The notes beneath the pieces are model-generated. The model saw nothing but the letters and a program-made list of their open reading frames with translations. It ran no database searches and had not been told where the DNA came from. Shown here piece by piece: positions 10,073 to 19,396 of a stretch of 64,000 nt of DNA. The stretch is from Ruminococcus sp. (lineage in GTDB: Bacteria; Bacillota; Clostridia; Oscillospirales; Ruminococcaceae). A program made the position numbers and the translations under genes. Positions within the stretch are counted from its first letter, which is position 1; each line of letters opens with the position of its first letter. Location: assembly GCF_017519145.1 (NCBI RefSeq), contig NZ_JAFWTA010000021.1; one strand, 5' to 3'.

Positions 10073-11959
10073 ATGAGACCTATCTATGATACATGGAATT
10101 TAGGCTATAAATCCATATTCGGTGCGGTAAGGCAGTTCGAGACCTGCCGCTTCACCATAAGGCTTCCCAAGGATATCGTTCCCGACTTCTCTCCCGTGCT
10201 GGTGCTGTTCAGAACAGGCTTCAAGGAGCGCTTCATCACCATGAACGAAGTCACCGAGGAGGAGGACTGCATAGCCTATACAGCCGAGTACAACGCCAGA
10301 TACACCGACGTCCACTACTACTATTTCTCCTATACCACAGGGGGAATACGCCACTATATCAAGAAAGTGAACGTCCACGAGGGCGGTCTGGACCACGGCG
10401 ATATGTTCCAGCTGACAGTATATAAGAATACCTACGAGACCCCCGATTTCCTCAAGGGCGGCGTTATGTACCAGATATTCCCCGACCGCTTCTGCAAAAG
10501 CGGCAAGCCCAAGGAGAATATCCCCGAGGGCAGAGTCCTCCGCGAGGACTGGGACGGCACTCCCTTCTACAAGCCCGATGAGAACGGCCATGTGTGGAAC
10601 AACGACTACTTCGGCGGCGATTTCGCGGGAATACAGTCAAAGCTCCCCTACCTTAAAAGTCTGGGAGTCACCTGCATATACCTCAATCCCATTTTCGAGT
10701 CCCACGAGAACCACAGGTACAATACTGCCGACTATATGAAGGCTGACCCCCTCCTCGGCACCAACGAGGAGTTTGAGGAGCTGTGCAGAGAAGCCGAAAG
10801 CATGGGGATCTCCGTCATTCTCGACGGCGTTTTCTCCCATACGGGCGCTGACAGCGTATACTTCAACAAGTTCGGACGCTATCCGGAGGTCGGCGCTTTC
10901 CAGTCAAAGGACAGCAAGTATTACGACTGGTACTCATTCATAGATTACCCCAATACATACGAGGCGTGGTGGGGCATCGACACCCTCCCCAATGTATGTG
11001 AGAACAACGAGGACTACACCGAGTTCATCTGCGGTGAGGAGGGAGTCCTCCGCTACTGGCTGGACAGAGGCGCCGCAGGCTATCGTCTGGACGTTGCCGA
11101 CGAGCTTCCCGACCAGTTCCTCAATAATCTGAGAAAATGCGTAAAGGGCTATGACAAGGACAAGATAATCATCGGAGAGGTCTGGGAGGACGCCTCCAAC
11201 AAGGAGAGCTACGGCGTAAAGCGCCGCTACCTGCTTGGCGACCAGCTCGACTCCGTTATGAACTACCCCTTCCGCGAGGCTATAATCAGCTTCATGAAGG
11301 GCGGCAAGCCCATCGACTTCATAAATTCCGTCATGACCATCGTGGAGAACTACCCCAAGCCCACCATTGATGTGCTCATGAACTTTGTCTCCACCCATGA
11401 CATAGAACGTGCCATCAACCGCCTCGGCGGTGAGAACTGCGACGGCAAGAGCAAGGACTGGATGGCGGAGAAATGGCTCTCGGAGGAGCAGTACGCCCAC
11501 GGCAAGGAGCTTCTCAAGGCAGCAATGGCGCTCCAGTTCTTCCTGCCGGGAGTCCCCAGCATATACTACGGCGACGAGGCAGGACTTCAGGGCTACAAAG
11601 ACCCTTTCAACCGCCGCTGCTATCCGTGGGGACATGAGGACACCGACCTTATCTCCTACGTTTCCGAGCTCAGCCGCGTGAGAAAGTCCATACCCAACAT
11701 GATAGACGGCAGGATATATTTCGTCATCAACGAAAAGGAAGTCCACGACAGCCGCCTTATCGGCTTCACCCGTCAGGGTCAGAAGCTGGACTATATCATC
11801 TTCGTTAACAGAAGCGGCGACACCGTTCATCTCGGAAATATGAGCAGTATACTCTCACGCTTTGAGGACCTCCAGCCATTCTACGGCGAGTTCATGGACG
11901 ATACCATTACCGTAAAGCCCTACGGCTATACTATCATCAAGGCAAGATTCGTGAAATGA
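10073..11959 (+). CDS. GH13 alpha-glucosidase/neopullulanase-like enzyme
   Basis: GH13 conserved regions DGVFSHT, GYRLDVADE, IIGEVWED and FVSTHD, plus VMYQIFPDRF. Start set to the ATG at 10073; the track ORF begins at an upstream alternative start. Confidence 0.9.
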   Translation: MRPIYDTWNLGYKSIFGAVRQFETCRFTIRLPKDIVPDFSPVLVLFRTGFKERFITMNEVTEEEDCIAYTAEYNARYTDVHYYYFSYTTGGIRHYIKKVNVHEGGLDHGDMFQLTVYKNTYETPDFLKGGVMYQIFPDRFCKSGKPKENIPEGRVLREDWDGTPFYKPDENGHVWNNDYFGGDFAGIQSKLPYLKSLGVTCIYLNPIFESHENHRYNTADYMKADPLLGTNEEFEELCREAESMGISVILDGVFSHTGADSVYFNKFGRYPEVGAFQSKDSKYYDWYSFIDYPNTYEAWWGIDTLPNVCENNEDYTEFICGEEGVLRYWLDRGAAGYRLDVADELPDQFLNNLRKCVKGYDKDKIIIGEVWEDASNKESYGVKRRYLLGDQLDSVMNYPFREAIISFMKGGKPIDFINSVMTIVENYPKPTIDVLMNFVSTHDIERAINRLGGENCDGKSKDWMAEKWLSEEQYAHGKELLKAAMALQFFLPGVPSIYYGDEAGLQGYKDPFNRRCYPWGHEDTDLISYVSELSRVRKSIPNMIDGRIYFVINEKEVHDSRLIGFTRQGQKLDYIIFVNRSGDTVHLGNMSSILSRFEDLQPFYGEFMDDTITVKPYGYTIIKARFVK

Positions 11960-11985
11960 GCAGAGACGACACAGTCCGCTGTATA

Positions 11986-12014
11986 TTGACATATCCGCGC
12001 CGCTGTGCTATACT
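11986..12014 (+). promoter_or_regulatory. sigma-A type promoter for the GT2 gene
   Basis: TTGACA, 17-nt spacer, TATACT. Confidence 0.55.
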
Positions 12015-12049
12015 GATAAAAACATCAACAACTGAAAGGGAATACAAAC

Positions 12050-13027
12050 ATGAATAATCCTGAAATTCTTTACATGGTAGTACCCTGTTACAATGAGCAG
12101 GAGGTACTCCGTGAGACCGCAGCACAGCTCAAAACAAAATATAATGATCTGATGTCGGCAGGTCTTATCTCCAAGGACAGCCGCGTGGTCTTTGTGAACG
12201 ACGGCTCAAAGGACACCACATGGAGCATAATCAAGGAGCTCCATGCTGCCGACCCCCAGCTTTTCTCGGGCGTTGACCTCGCCCACAACAGCGGTCACCA
12301 GAACGCTGTTCTCGCAGGTCTTATGACCGTAAAGGAGCTCTGCGATATGTGCATCACTATGGACGCAGACCTCCAGGACGACATCGACACCATCGACGAG
12401 ATGGTAAAGCAGTACTATGAGGGTAATCAGGTCGTATACGGCGTAAGAAGCGCCCGTGACACCGATACATTCTTCAAGAAATTCACCGCCGAGAGCTTCT
12501 ATAAGTTCATGAAGGTAATGGGCGCAGATGTGGTCTATAACCATGCGGACTTCCGCCTCATGAGCAAAAGAGTGCTTCAGGAGCTGGCAAACTTCAAGGA
12601 GGTAAACCTGTTCCTCCGCGGAATGGTGCCCCTTATCGGCTTCCAGAGCACAAAGGTATACTACGAGCGCCACGAGAGACTGGCAGGCGAGAGCAAGTAT
12701 CCTCTCAAGAAGATGCTGGCATTCGCCATCAACGGCATCACCTCCTTCAGCACCAAGCCCCTCAAGCTCATCACGACTCTCGGTATCATTATGTCCATCG
12801 CCAGCATACTTGCCTTTATCTGGGCGTTTATCGCCAAGATAGGCGGCTTCACCGAGCACGGCTGGTCAAGCACCATGTGCTCCATCTGGCTCATAGGCGG
12901 CTTGCAGCTCTTCTGCCTCGGAATCATAGGTGAGTACGTCGGAAAGATATACGCAGAAGTAAAACAGCGTCCGCGCTACATAATCGCGGAATTTCTCACC
13001 GATGCCGAGAAAAAAGACGATAAATGA
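12050..13027 (+). CDS. family 2 glycosyltransferase, GtrB-like polyprenyl-phosphate glycosyltransferase
   Basis: VVPCYNEQEVL, NDGSKD and DADLQDD motifs, with two C-terminal TM helices as in GtrB/ArnC-type enzymes. Confidence 0.85.
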   Translation: MNNPEILYMVVPCYNEQEVLRETAAQLKTKYNDLMSAGLISKDSRVVFVNDGSKDTTWSIIKELHAADPQLFSGVDLAHNSGHQNAVLAGLMTVKELCDMCITMDADLQDDIDTIDEMVKQYYEGNQVVYGVRSARDTDTFFKKFTAESFYKFMKVMGADVVYNHADFRLMSKRVLQELANFKEVNLFLRGMVPLIGFQSTKVYYERHERLAGESKYPLKKMLAFAINGITSFSTKPLKLITTLGIIMSIASILAFIWAFIAKIGGFTEHGWSSTMCSIWLIGGLQLFCLGIIGEYVGKIYAEVKQRPRYIIAEFLTDAEKKDDK

Positions 13028-13042
13028 TAGGGAATATTTAAT

Positions 13043-13225
13043 ATGGACGATATTATCAACAGCATAACCGGTTTTCTCTCGCAGTACTGGGCCATAATTC
13101 TGTTTGTCATCGTACTGATAATACTCATCAAAATAAAGCATAAGATAAAAAAGGCGATATTCTTCGCGATACTCTTAGGTGCAGCCCTTTTCGCATCGGG
13201 CGTTACCTTCTTCAATTTCAATTAG
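13043..13225 (+). CDS. possible small two-TM membrane protein (60 aa)
   Basis: Hydrophobic ORF 15 nt after the GT2 gene and before the terminator. The RBS is weak. Confidence 0.35.
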   Translation: MDDIINSITGFLSQYWAIILFVIVLIILIKIKHKIKKAIFFAILLGAALFASGVTFFNFN

Positions 13226-13229
13226 ACTG

Positions 13230-13258
13230 ACAGCGCAGTTTATCTGCGCTGTTTTGTT
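13230..13258 (+). terminator. Rho-independent terminator
   Basis: CAGCGCAG-tttat-CTGCGCTG followed by TTTTGTT. Confidence 0.7.
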
Positions 13259-13284
13259 ATACATGGGAGTGCCTGCAAGCGAAT

Positions 13285-13312
13285 GGCTAAAGGCTAAGGG
13301 CTAATGGCTAAA
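13285..13312. repeat. heptamer micro-array (GGCTAAN)x4
   Basis: GGCTAAA GGCTAAG GGCTAAT GGCTAAA. It lies between a terminator and the glyQS -35 box. Confidence 0.7.
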
Positions 13313-13317
13313 AAGTC

Positions 13318-13346
13318 TTGACTTTTTCCCGCGTTTGAGTTACAAT
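13318..13346 (+). promoter_or_regulatory. sigma-A type promoter for glyQS
   Basis: TTGACT, 17-nt spacer, TACAAT. Confidence 0.6.
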
Positions 13347-13385
13347 ATAATGTGACTATTAAATTTTAAAGCGAGGTTGCTCATT

Positions 13386-14792
13386 ATGCTTAAAAACAGT
13401 GAAAAAGTAATGGATAAGATCGTTGACCTTTGTAAATCCAAGGGCTTTGTATACCCGGGCTCCGAGATCTACGGCGGTCTTGCAAATACATGGGACTACG
13501 GTCCTCTCGGCGTTGAGCTGAAAAACAACATCAAGAGAGCTTGGATGAAGAAATTCGTTCAGGAGAACAAGTACAACGTTGGTCTTGACTCCGCTATCCT
13601 CATGAACCCCCAGACATGGGTGGCTTCGGGACATATCGGCGGATTTTCAGACCCCCTTATGGATTGTAAGGAGTGTAAGACCCGTCACCGTGCCGACAAC
13701 CTCATCGAGGACTTCGACGGCACTAACGTAGCAGGCTGGTCCAACGAGCAGATGATGGACTACATCAAGGAAAAAGGCATCGTATGCCCTAACTGCGGCA
13801 AGCAGAACTTCACAGATATCCGCCAGTTCAACCTTATGTTCAAGACATTCCAGGGCGTTACAGAGGACAGCAAGTCTGAGCTCTATCTCCGTCCCGAGAC
13901 TGCACAGGGTATCTTCGTAAACTTCGCAAACATCCAGAGAACTACCCGTAAAAAGGTGCCTTTCGGTGTTGCTCAGGTAGGTAAGTCATTCCGTAACGAG
14001 ATCACTCCCGGAAACTTCATCTTCCGTGTTAGAGAGTTCGAGCAGATGGAGCTTGAGTTCTTCTGCAAGCCCGGCACAGACCTTGAGTGGTTCGACTACT
14101 GGAGAAGCTACTGCAAGAACTTCCTCCTCTCACTGGGACTCAAAGAGGAGAACCTCCGTCTCCGTGACCACGATCAGGAGGAGCTCTGCTTCTACTCAAA
14201 GGCTACTACCGACTTCGAGTACCTCTTCCCATTCGGCTGGGGCGAGCTCTGGGGCGTTGCCGACAGAACCGACTACGACCTGACACAGCACATCAACACC
14301 AGCGGAAAGTCACTTGAGTACTTCGATCCCGAGACAAACGAGAAATACATCCCCTACGTTATCGAGCCTTCACTGGGCGTTGAGAGACTCTTCCTCTCCA
14401 TCGTTACCGAGGCTTACGACGAGGAGGAGCTTGTCTCCACCGACAAGAACGGCAACGAGAAGAAGGAAACAAGAACAGTTATGCACTTCCATCCTGCTCT
14501 TGCACCTTACAAGGCAGCTGTTCTGCCCCTCGTAAAGAAGCTCACTCCCAAGGCTGAGGAAGTATACGATATGCTCTCCAAGAAGTTCATGGTAGACTTC
14601 GACGAGGCAGGTACCATCGGTAAGAGATACCGCCGTCAGGACGAGATCGGTACACCTTTCTGCATCACATATGACTTCGATACACTTGAGAAGGACAACT
14701 GTGTAACAGTCCGTGACCGTGATACAATGCAGCAGGAGAGAGTTGCTATAGATGACCTCGTAGCTTACCTCGAAGCTAAAATGGTATTCTAA
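13386..14792 (+). CDS. glyQS: glycine--tRNA ligase (dimeric class II type)
   Basis: [57 protein letters not shown] (motif 2) and [10 protein letters not shown]. Start set to the ATG 9 nt after GAGG; the track start at 13377 is an alternative. Confidence 0.95.
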   Translation: MLKNSEKVMDKIVDLCKSKGFVYPGSEIYGGLANTWDYGPLGVELKNNIKRAWMKKFVQENKYNVGLDSAILMNPQTWVASGHIGGFSDPLMDCKECKTRHRADNLIEDFDGTNVAGWSNEQMMDYIKEKGIVCPNCGKQNFTDIRQFNLMFKTFQGVTEDSKSELYLRPETAQGIFVNFANIQRTTRKKVPFGVAQVGKSFRNEITPGNFIFRVREFEQMELEFFCKPGTDLEWFDYWRSYCKNFLLSLGLKEENLRLRDHDQEELCFYSKATTDFEYLFPFGWGELWGVADRTDYDLTQHINTSGKSLEYFDPETNEKYIPYVIEPSLGVERLFLSIVTEAYDEEELVSTDKNGNEKKETRTVMHFHPALAPYKAAVLPLVKKLTPKAEEVYDMLSKKFMVDFDEAGTIGKRYRRQDEIGTPFCITYDFDTLEKDNCVTVRDRDTMQQERVAIDDLVAYLEAKMVF

Positions 14793-14796
14793 TTGC

Positions 14797-14819
14797 AGGG
14801 GCGGCATTCTGCCGCCCCT
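14797..14819 (+). terminator. hairpin after glyQS
   Basis: AGGGGCGGC-attct-GCCGCCCCT. Confidence 0.6.
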
Positions 14820-14830
14820 TAATTATGCAT

Positions 14831-14861
14831 AAAAAGGGGCACCCGAAGGTGCCCTTTTTTT
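14831..14861. terminator. bidirectional Rho-independent terminator
   Basis: AAAAA-GGGCACC-cgaa-GGTGCCC-TTTTTTT between the convergent glyQS and DinB-like genes. Confidence 0.75.
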
Positions 14862-15384
14862 ATTTCGTTACCTGTCCCTTGCGGTATCTTCCGAAGAATA
14901 TACCGTCATCGACGTATTTATCAGCCTGTGATACCCACATAGGGAATTTTCCCGCAGCCAGAGCAGTCTGACCGTTGAGCATTCCCGTGTGGAAGGAGAT
15001 ATGCCTGAACTGTCTCAGTACCAGCTCCATGCGCGTGTGCTCGCAGTTTTCGGGACATTCATAGAGCATTTCGTCCGTGAGACTGTCGATGTAATCGAGA
15101 GTCTTTTTCTCAACATCGTCCAGATACTCTAAAAGCTGCTCATCCGAGAGAACTACCGTCGTGGGATTATCGGGATTGTCCATGCCCTCCTCATGAAAAG
15201 GCGGTTCATCGTAAACACAGGGATTTATGAACCACTTATCCGCTGAATGTATAGCGTGATACGCCCATCTCCAGCAGGGAGAGCCGCAGCAGAGAGCGTC
15301 TCTGTCGTAAGTTCGCAGTGAAGTCCTTATGTTCATAAAGTTAGGGATCACCATTTCCCTGATTATCTTGCAAAGCTCGTTCAT
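14860..15384 (-). CDS. DinB-superfamily-like protein
   Basis: 174 aa with spaced His residues (WAYHAIHSADKW, FRHISFHTGML), typical of four-helix DinB/YfiT-type metal sites. This is a weak call made from memory. Confidence 0.45.
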   Translation of the reverse strand: MNELCKIIREMVIPNFMNIRTSLRTYDRDALCCGSPCWRWAYHAIHSADKWFINPCVYDEPPFHEEGMDNPDNPTTVVLSDEQLLEYLDDVEKKTLDYIDSLTDEMLYECPENCEHTRMELVLRQFRHISFHTGMLNGQTALAAGKFPMWVSQADKYVDDGIFFGRYRKGQVTK

Positions 15385-15433
15385 AAATATCCCTCCGTTT
15401 ATAATAATATTGATATAAAAGCCGCCGCCCTCA

Positions 15434-15465
15434 GACTAAAGGCTAAGGGCTGACGGCTAAAGGCT
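15434..15465. repeat. heptamer micro-array (GGCTAAN-type, 4.5 units)
   Basis: GACTAAA GGCTAAG GGCTGAC GGCTAAA GGCT. It is directly preceded by GCCGCCGCCCTC, which shares the 10-mer CGCCGCCCTC with the REP at 43162. Confidence 0.65.
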
Positions 15466-15468
15466 TTT

Positions 15469-17409
15469 TTACAGTGTGTCGATGATATCGAGAGAGTGCT
15501 CCTCGTTCATAGTTCTGCACATCTCGATGAACTTGTCAAGAGGCACGTTTTTGAGCTGCTTGTTTCCTCTGATGTTGATGGAGACCTGCTCATTCTCAGC
15601 CTCACTGTCGCCGATGATGACAACATAGGGATCCTTGTAGTCCTTGAAACGTCTGATCTTGTTCTTCATGTTGTCGTCGGTGTAGTCCACCTCAGCTCTT
15701 ATGCGGTTCTTCTTGAGAAGATCGGCTACCTTCTTGGCGTAGTCGTTATGCTCTGTTCTGATAGGAACGATACCTACCTGCATAGGAGACAGCCAGAAGG
15801 GGAATGCTCCTGCGAAGTTCTCGGTGATGATACCGATAAATCTCTCGAATGAACCGAATATAGCTCTGTGTATCATTACGGGCTGCTTCTCGGAACCGTC
15901 GGAAGCGATGTACTTCATCTTGAAGTTGAGAGGAAGCTGGAAGTCGAGCTGGATGGTACCCATCTGCCACTCACGTCCGATAGCATCCTTCATCTTCAGG
16001 TCGATCTTAGGACCGTAGAATGCGCCGTCGCCCTCGTTGAGCTCGTATCCGTCGGGACCGTACTTCTCCTCGAGGATAGCCTTCAGGTCAGCCTCAGCCT
16101 TGTCCCAAACCTTGATATCGCCCATGAAGTCCTCGGGACGTGTTGAGAGCTCAGCCTTGTATTCAAGACCGAATGTGTTGTATATCTCGGTAGCGATATC
16201 CATGATATCGTTGATCTCGGAAGCGATCTGCTCCTCGGTTACGAGGATATGAGCATCGTCCTGTCTGAACTGCTGTACGCGGAAGAGACCGTTGAGCTCG
16301 CCTGACTTCTCCTTACGATGGATAACGTCCACCTGATTGAACTTCAGAGGAAGCTCCTTGTAAGAGCGCTGTCTGTTCATATATACCTTGATAGCGTTGG
16401 GGCAGTTCATAGGCTTAGCGCAGTATACCTCGTTGTCCTCCTCGGCAGGGATAACGAACATACCATCCTGATAGTGGTCCCAGTGACCCGAAGTAACCCA
16501 CAGCTCCTTCTTGGAAAGAACAGGACCCGATATCTCTGTATAGCCGTGATCCTCGTGAACACCTCTCCAGTACTCGAGAAGTGCGTTGAACAGCTTCCAG
16601 CCTCTGGGGAGCCAGTAGGGCATACCGGGAGCAGTATGGTCGAACATGAACAGAGCCAGCTCCTTGCCCAGCTTCTTGTGGTCGCGGAGCTTAGCCTCCT
16701 CGATCATCTTGAGGTATTCGTCAAGCTGCGAAGCCTTGGGGAATGCGATAGCGTAAACACGGCTGAGCATCTTGTTCTTCTCGTTTCCTCTCCAGTAAGC
16801 ACCTGTGCATGAGAGGAGCTTGAATGCCTTTACGGGGCCTGTTGTCATAAGGTGAGGACCTGCACAGAGGTCAACGAACTCGCCCTGCTTGTAGAATGAG
16901 ATAGGCTCGCCCTTGTCAACGTGCTCCTCGCAGAGCTCTACCTTATAGGGCTCGTCCATTTCCTTCAGCTTTGCAACAGCCTCAGCAGGAGAAAGCTCGA
17001 ACTTTTCAAGCTCAAGGTCCTCCTTGACGATCTTCTTCATCTCAGCCTCGATCTTCTCCAGCTCCTCGGGAGTGAAGGGCTTCTCAAGGTCGAAGTCATA
17101 GTAGAAGCCGTTGTCGATAGCAGGACCGATAGCCAGCTTTGCAGCAGGATAAAGTCTCTTTACAGCCTGTGCAAGGATATGTGAAGCTGTGTGCCAGAGG
17201 GTCTTCTTGCCGTCGAGGCTGTCAAATGTACATACCTCGAAGTGACAGTCACCGTCGATGACTGTGCGGAGATCCTTTACCTCGCCGTTTACCTTTACGC
17301 AGCAGGCAGCCTTGTAAAGTCCCATGCCTATACCCTTGATTATCTCACCGGCTGACTGTGCAGCCTCGATCTGACGGACACTGCCGTCGGGAAGTGTTAA
17401 ATTGATCAT
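15469..17409 (-). CDS. thrS: threonine--tRNA ligase
   Basis: 646 aa. TGS start MINLTLPDGSVRQ, editing-domain HTASHILAQA, class II motifs FRVQQFRQDDAH and GAFYGPKID, and an anticodon-binding tail. Confidence 0.97.
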   Translation of the reverse strand: MINLTLPDGSVRQIEAAQSAGEIIKGIGMGLYKAACCVKVNGEVKDLRTVIDGDCHFEVCTFDSLDGKKTLWHTASHILAQAVKRLYPAAKLAIGPAIDNGFYYDFDLEKPFTPEELEKIEAEMKKIVKEDLELEKFELSPAEAVAKLKEMDEPYKVELCEEHVDKGEPISFYKQGEFVDLCAGPHLMTTGPVKAFKLLSCTGAYWRGNEKNKMLSRVYAIAFPKASQLDEYLKMIEEAKLRDHKKLGKELALFMFDHTAPGMPYWLPRGWKLFNALLEYWRGVHEDHGYTEISGPVLSKKELWVTSGHWDHYQDGMFVIPAEEDNEVYCAKPMNCPNAIKVYMNRQRSYKELPLKFNQVDVIHRKEKSGELNGLFRVQQFRQDDAHILVTEEQIASEINDIMDIATEIYNTFGLEYKAELSTRPEDFMGDIKVWDKAEADLKAILEEKYGPDGYELNEGDGAFYGPKIDLKMKDAIGREWQMGTIQLDFQLPLNFKMKYIASDGSEKQPVMIHRAIFGSFERFIGIITENFAGAFPFWLSPMQVGIVPIRTEHNDYAKKVADLLKKNRIRAEVDYTDDNMKNKIRRFKDYKDPYVVIIGDSEAENEQVSINIRGNKQLKNVPLDKFIEMCRTMNEEHSLDIIDTL

Positions 17410-17432
17410 ATCGATCTCTCCTTTTTATTGAT

Positions 17433-17460
17433 TCATAATTCATAATGCTTGATGCATAAT
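17433..17460. repeat. heptamer micro-array (YCATAAT-type, 4 units)
   Basis: TCATAAT TCATAAT GCTTGAT GCATAAT, located between the 126-aa ORF and thrS. Confidence 0.6.
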
Positions 17461-17568
17461 TATTGCGTGTTTTATACGATGAACTGCTATTCCTTGCAGA
17501 ATAATCCATCGTTTTCTCGGTTTGCGGGCTTGTTTTCAATGTATTGCCATGCACCGCGGTATTCAAAT

Positions 17569-17949
17569 TCATTCCGCCCAGCCCGATATCTCAAACAGCT
17601 CGCCGAAAAGCTCCACATGGACGTAATTCTCCATATAGCCGTCATCGGTGCCTGTCTCGAAGCAGACCACAGTCTCCTCCTCGTCGATATCCACATAGAC
17701 GTTCCTCAGCTTCAGCAGCTTTGCGAGAGCCTCGGCGTTTCCGCCCTCATAGAAGCCGTCGTCGATAAGCATTGCTGCTATGGTGCTTCTGCCGCCGTCC
17801 AGTCTTGCCAGCTTTTTGGCTATATCCGAGAGGTTGGCGATGATAGTCTCCTCGCTGTCGGTATAGAAGCGGACTGTCATCATCTCGTCCCACAGCTTAT
17901 AGGGCAGCTCGTAGGCTTCCTCCCTCTGGTTGTAGCTGATATTGCTCAC
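17569..17949 (-). CDS. acidic hypothetical protein (126 aa) immediately downstream of the Thr T-box
   Basis: GTG start 5 nt after GGGGAGGTG. Host-like codon usage. Translation SNISYNQREEAYELPYKLWDEMMTVRFY...VDIDEEETVVCFETGTDDGYMENYVHVELFGELFEISGWAE. No family recognised. Confidence 0.5.
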   Translation of the reverse strand: MSNISYNQREEAYELPYKLWDEMMTVRFYTDSEETIIANLSDIAKKLARLDGGRSTIAAMLIDDGFYEGGNAEALAKLLKLRNVYVDIDEEETVVCFETGTDDGYMENYVHVELFGELFEISGWAE

Positions 17950-17975
17950 CTTGTCACCTCCCCGAAGACAGAATA

Positions 17976-18218
17976 ACAAAAAAGCCCCTTACGCCTGTAA
18001 TTAGGCACAAGGGACGATAGTCTACCGTGGTTCCACCCTGATTCACACGGAGCTTTCTCCGTATCTCAAGTGCTCTGTAACGGGAGCTCCCGACGCTTAT
18101 TGGGCGCACTCAGAGGCGGTGTGCTGTATATCCTTTGCCGTGCAGCCTTGCACCGAACGGCTGCTCTCTGTAACGGCTGGGGAAAAGCCTTCCTCATCGA
18201 CGTTTTGCGGGATATTGT
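17976..18218 (-). promoter_or_regulatory. T-box riboswitch leader, probable Thr (ACC) specifier
   Basis: On the minus strand: GA/K-turn GCGATGAGGAAG-like start, AGAGAG bulge, GGTGCAA distal loop, and ACC followed by a purine directly 5' of the stem-I closing strand (18118-18120). The T-box sequence AATCAGGGTGGAACCACGG lies at 18025-18043. A terminator hairpin plus CTTTTTTG lies at 17976-18016. Confidence 0.85.
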
Positions 18219-18224
18219 ACACTT

Positions 18225-18253
18225 ATCTTAGCACAGATTTTACTATTTGTCAA
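18225..18253 (-). promoter_or_regulatory. sigma-A type promoter driving the T-box leader
   Basis: Minus strand: TTGACA, 17-nt spacer, TAAGAT. Confidence 0.6.
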
Positions 18254-18347
18254 GAGGGAAAAGTGTGAAATCCAAGTTTTTCCGCAGTTTTCCGCAACGA
18301 ATTAAACATTCTGTTGAAACTCACGTTAAAAACCACAAAATAACGGG

Positions 18348-18376
18348 TTGAAATAGTTTGAAATCTGTGGTATAAT
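18348..18376 (+). promoter_or_regulatory. sigma-A type promoter (extended -10) for the kinase-ppk1 pair
   Basis: TTGAAA, 17-nt spacer ending in TGG, TATAAT. Confidence 0.6.
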
Positions 18377-18456
18377 ATTAATGTATAATCAAATCACGGT
18401 CAGAAAAGAGACGAAAACAGTAAAAGTCTTAATGACTGAGAATAAGGGAGATATGC

Positions 18457-19377
18457 ATGAACATCGAGATCGCAAGAATAAATCAGGGGATAGAGAAAGA
18501 CCCTAAGGAATACGTCAGGACCATCAATGAGGACTACCTCTACAAGCTCAGCAAGATAGCTGACGATATAGCCGAAAACCGCAATGAAAAGCCTGTTGTG
18601 CTGCTGTCGGGACCCTCGGGCTCGGGCAAGACCACAACGGCTATGATGATAGAAAAGCTCCTCGACGAGAAGGGACTCCAGACCCACACCCTCTCCATGG
18701 ACAACTGGTTCTGTCCGCTGACAGAGGCTGAAAAGGCTCTTGCCGCTGAGGGCAAGATGGATCTCGAATCCCCTCTCCGCGTGGACAGCCAGCTCCTCAA
18801 CCAGCAGATAGAAGCCATCAGCGCCTGCCGCGAGATAGAGCTTCCCAAATACAACTTCAAGACCTCTACACGCACAGGCTCGGGCAAGAAATTCAAGCGC
18901 AGCAAGGGCGAGATAGTTATATTTGAAGGCATACACGCCCTCAATCCCTCGGTAATAACCGTCCCCGACACTATGATAAGCAAAATATACGTCAGCGTCC
19001 GCACGAGGATATCGGGCGAGGGGATACTCCTCCACCCGTCAAGGGTACGTCTTATGCGCCGCATGATAAGGGACAAGAACTTCCGCAAGCGCTCTCTCCG
19101 CGAGACCATGAATATGTTCCACAGTGTTGAGGCAGGTGAGAACAAGTACATAATGCCCTACAAGTACCGCTCGGACTATGACGTGGACACCTTTATGGCG
19201 TATGAGCTCTCCGCTTACAGGAACGACCTGCTCGATCAGCTCTCGGAGATGCTTGACGTCCCCGAGATAGCCGAGTCCGTAAAGGTACTGGAACAGCTTG
19301 TTCCCCTGAGCAAGAAGGACATTTCCCCTGACTCGCTCATCTGTGAATTCATAGGCAACGGACAGTTCAAATACTGA
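18457..19377 (+). CDS. uridine-kinase/phosphoribulokinase-family P-loop nucleoside kinase-like protein
   Basis: Walker A LLSGPSGSGKTTT, Udk-like IVIFEGIHALN, and a C-terminal extension. It lies 19 nt upstream of ppk1. Confidence 0.7.
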   Translation: MNIEIARINQGIEKDPKEYVRTINEDYLYKLSKIADDIAENRNEKPVVLLSGPSGSGKTTTAMMIEKLLDEKGLQTHTLSMDNWFCPLTEAEKALAAEGKMDLESPLRVDSQLLNQQIEAISACREIELPKYNFKTSTRTGSGKKFKRSKGEIVIFEGIHALNPSVITVPDTMISKIYVSVRTRISGEGILLHPSRVRLMRRMIRDKNFRKRSLRETMNMFHSVEAGENKYIMPYKYRSDYDVDTFMAYELSAYRNDLLDQLSEMLDVPEIAESVKVLEQLVPLSKKDISPDSLICEFIGNGQFKY

Positions 19378-19396
19378 TACATAAGGGAGACTATAT

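Noticed and set aside
13226-13385. Expected T-box leader upstream of glyQS
   Set aside because: Only about 40 nt lie between the promoter -10 box and the start codon. There is no T-box sequence and no antiterminator or terminator pair.
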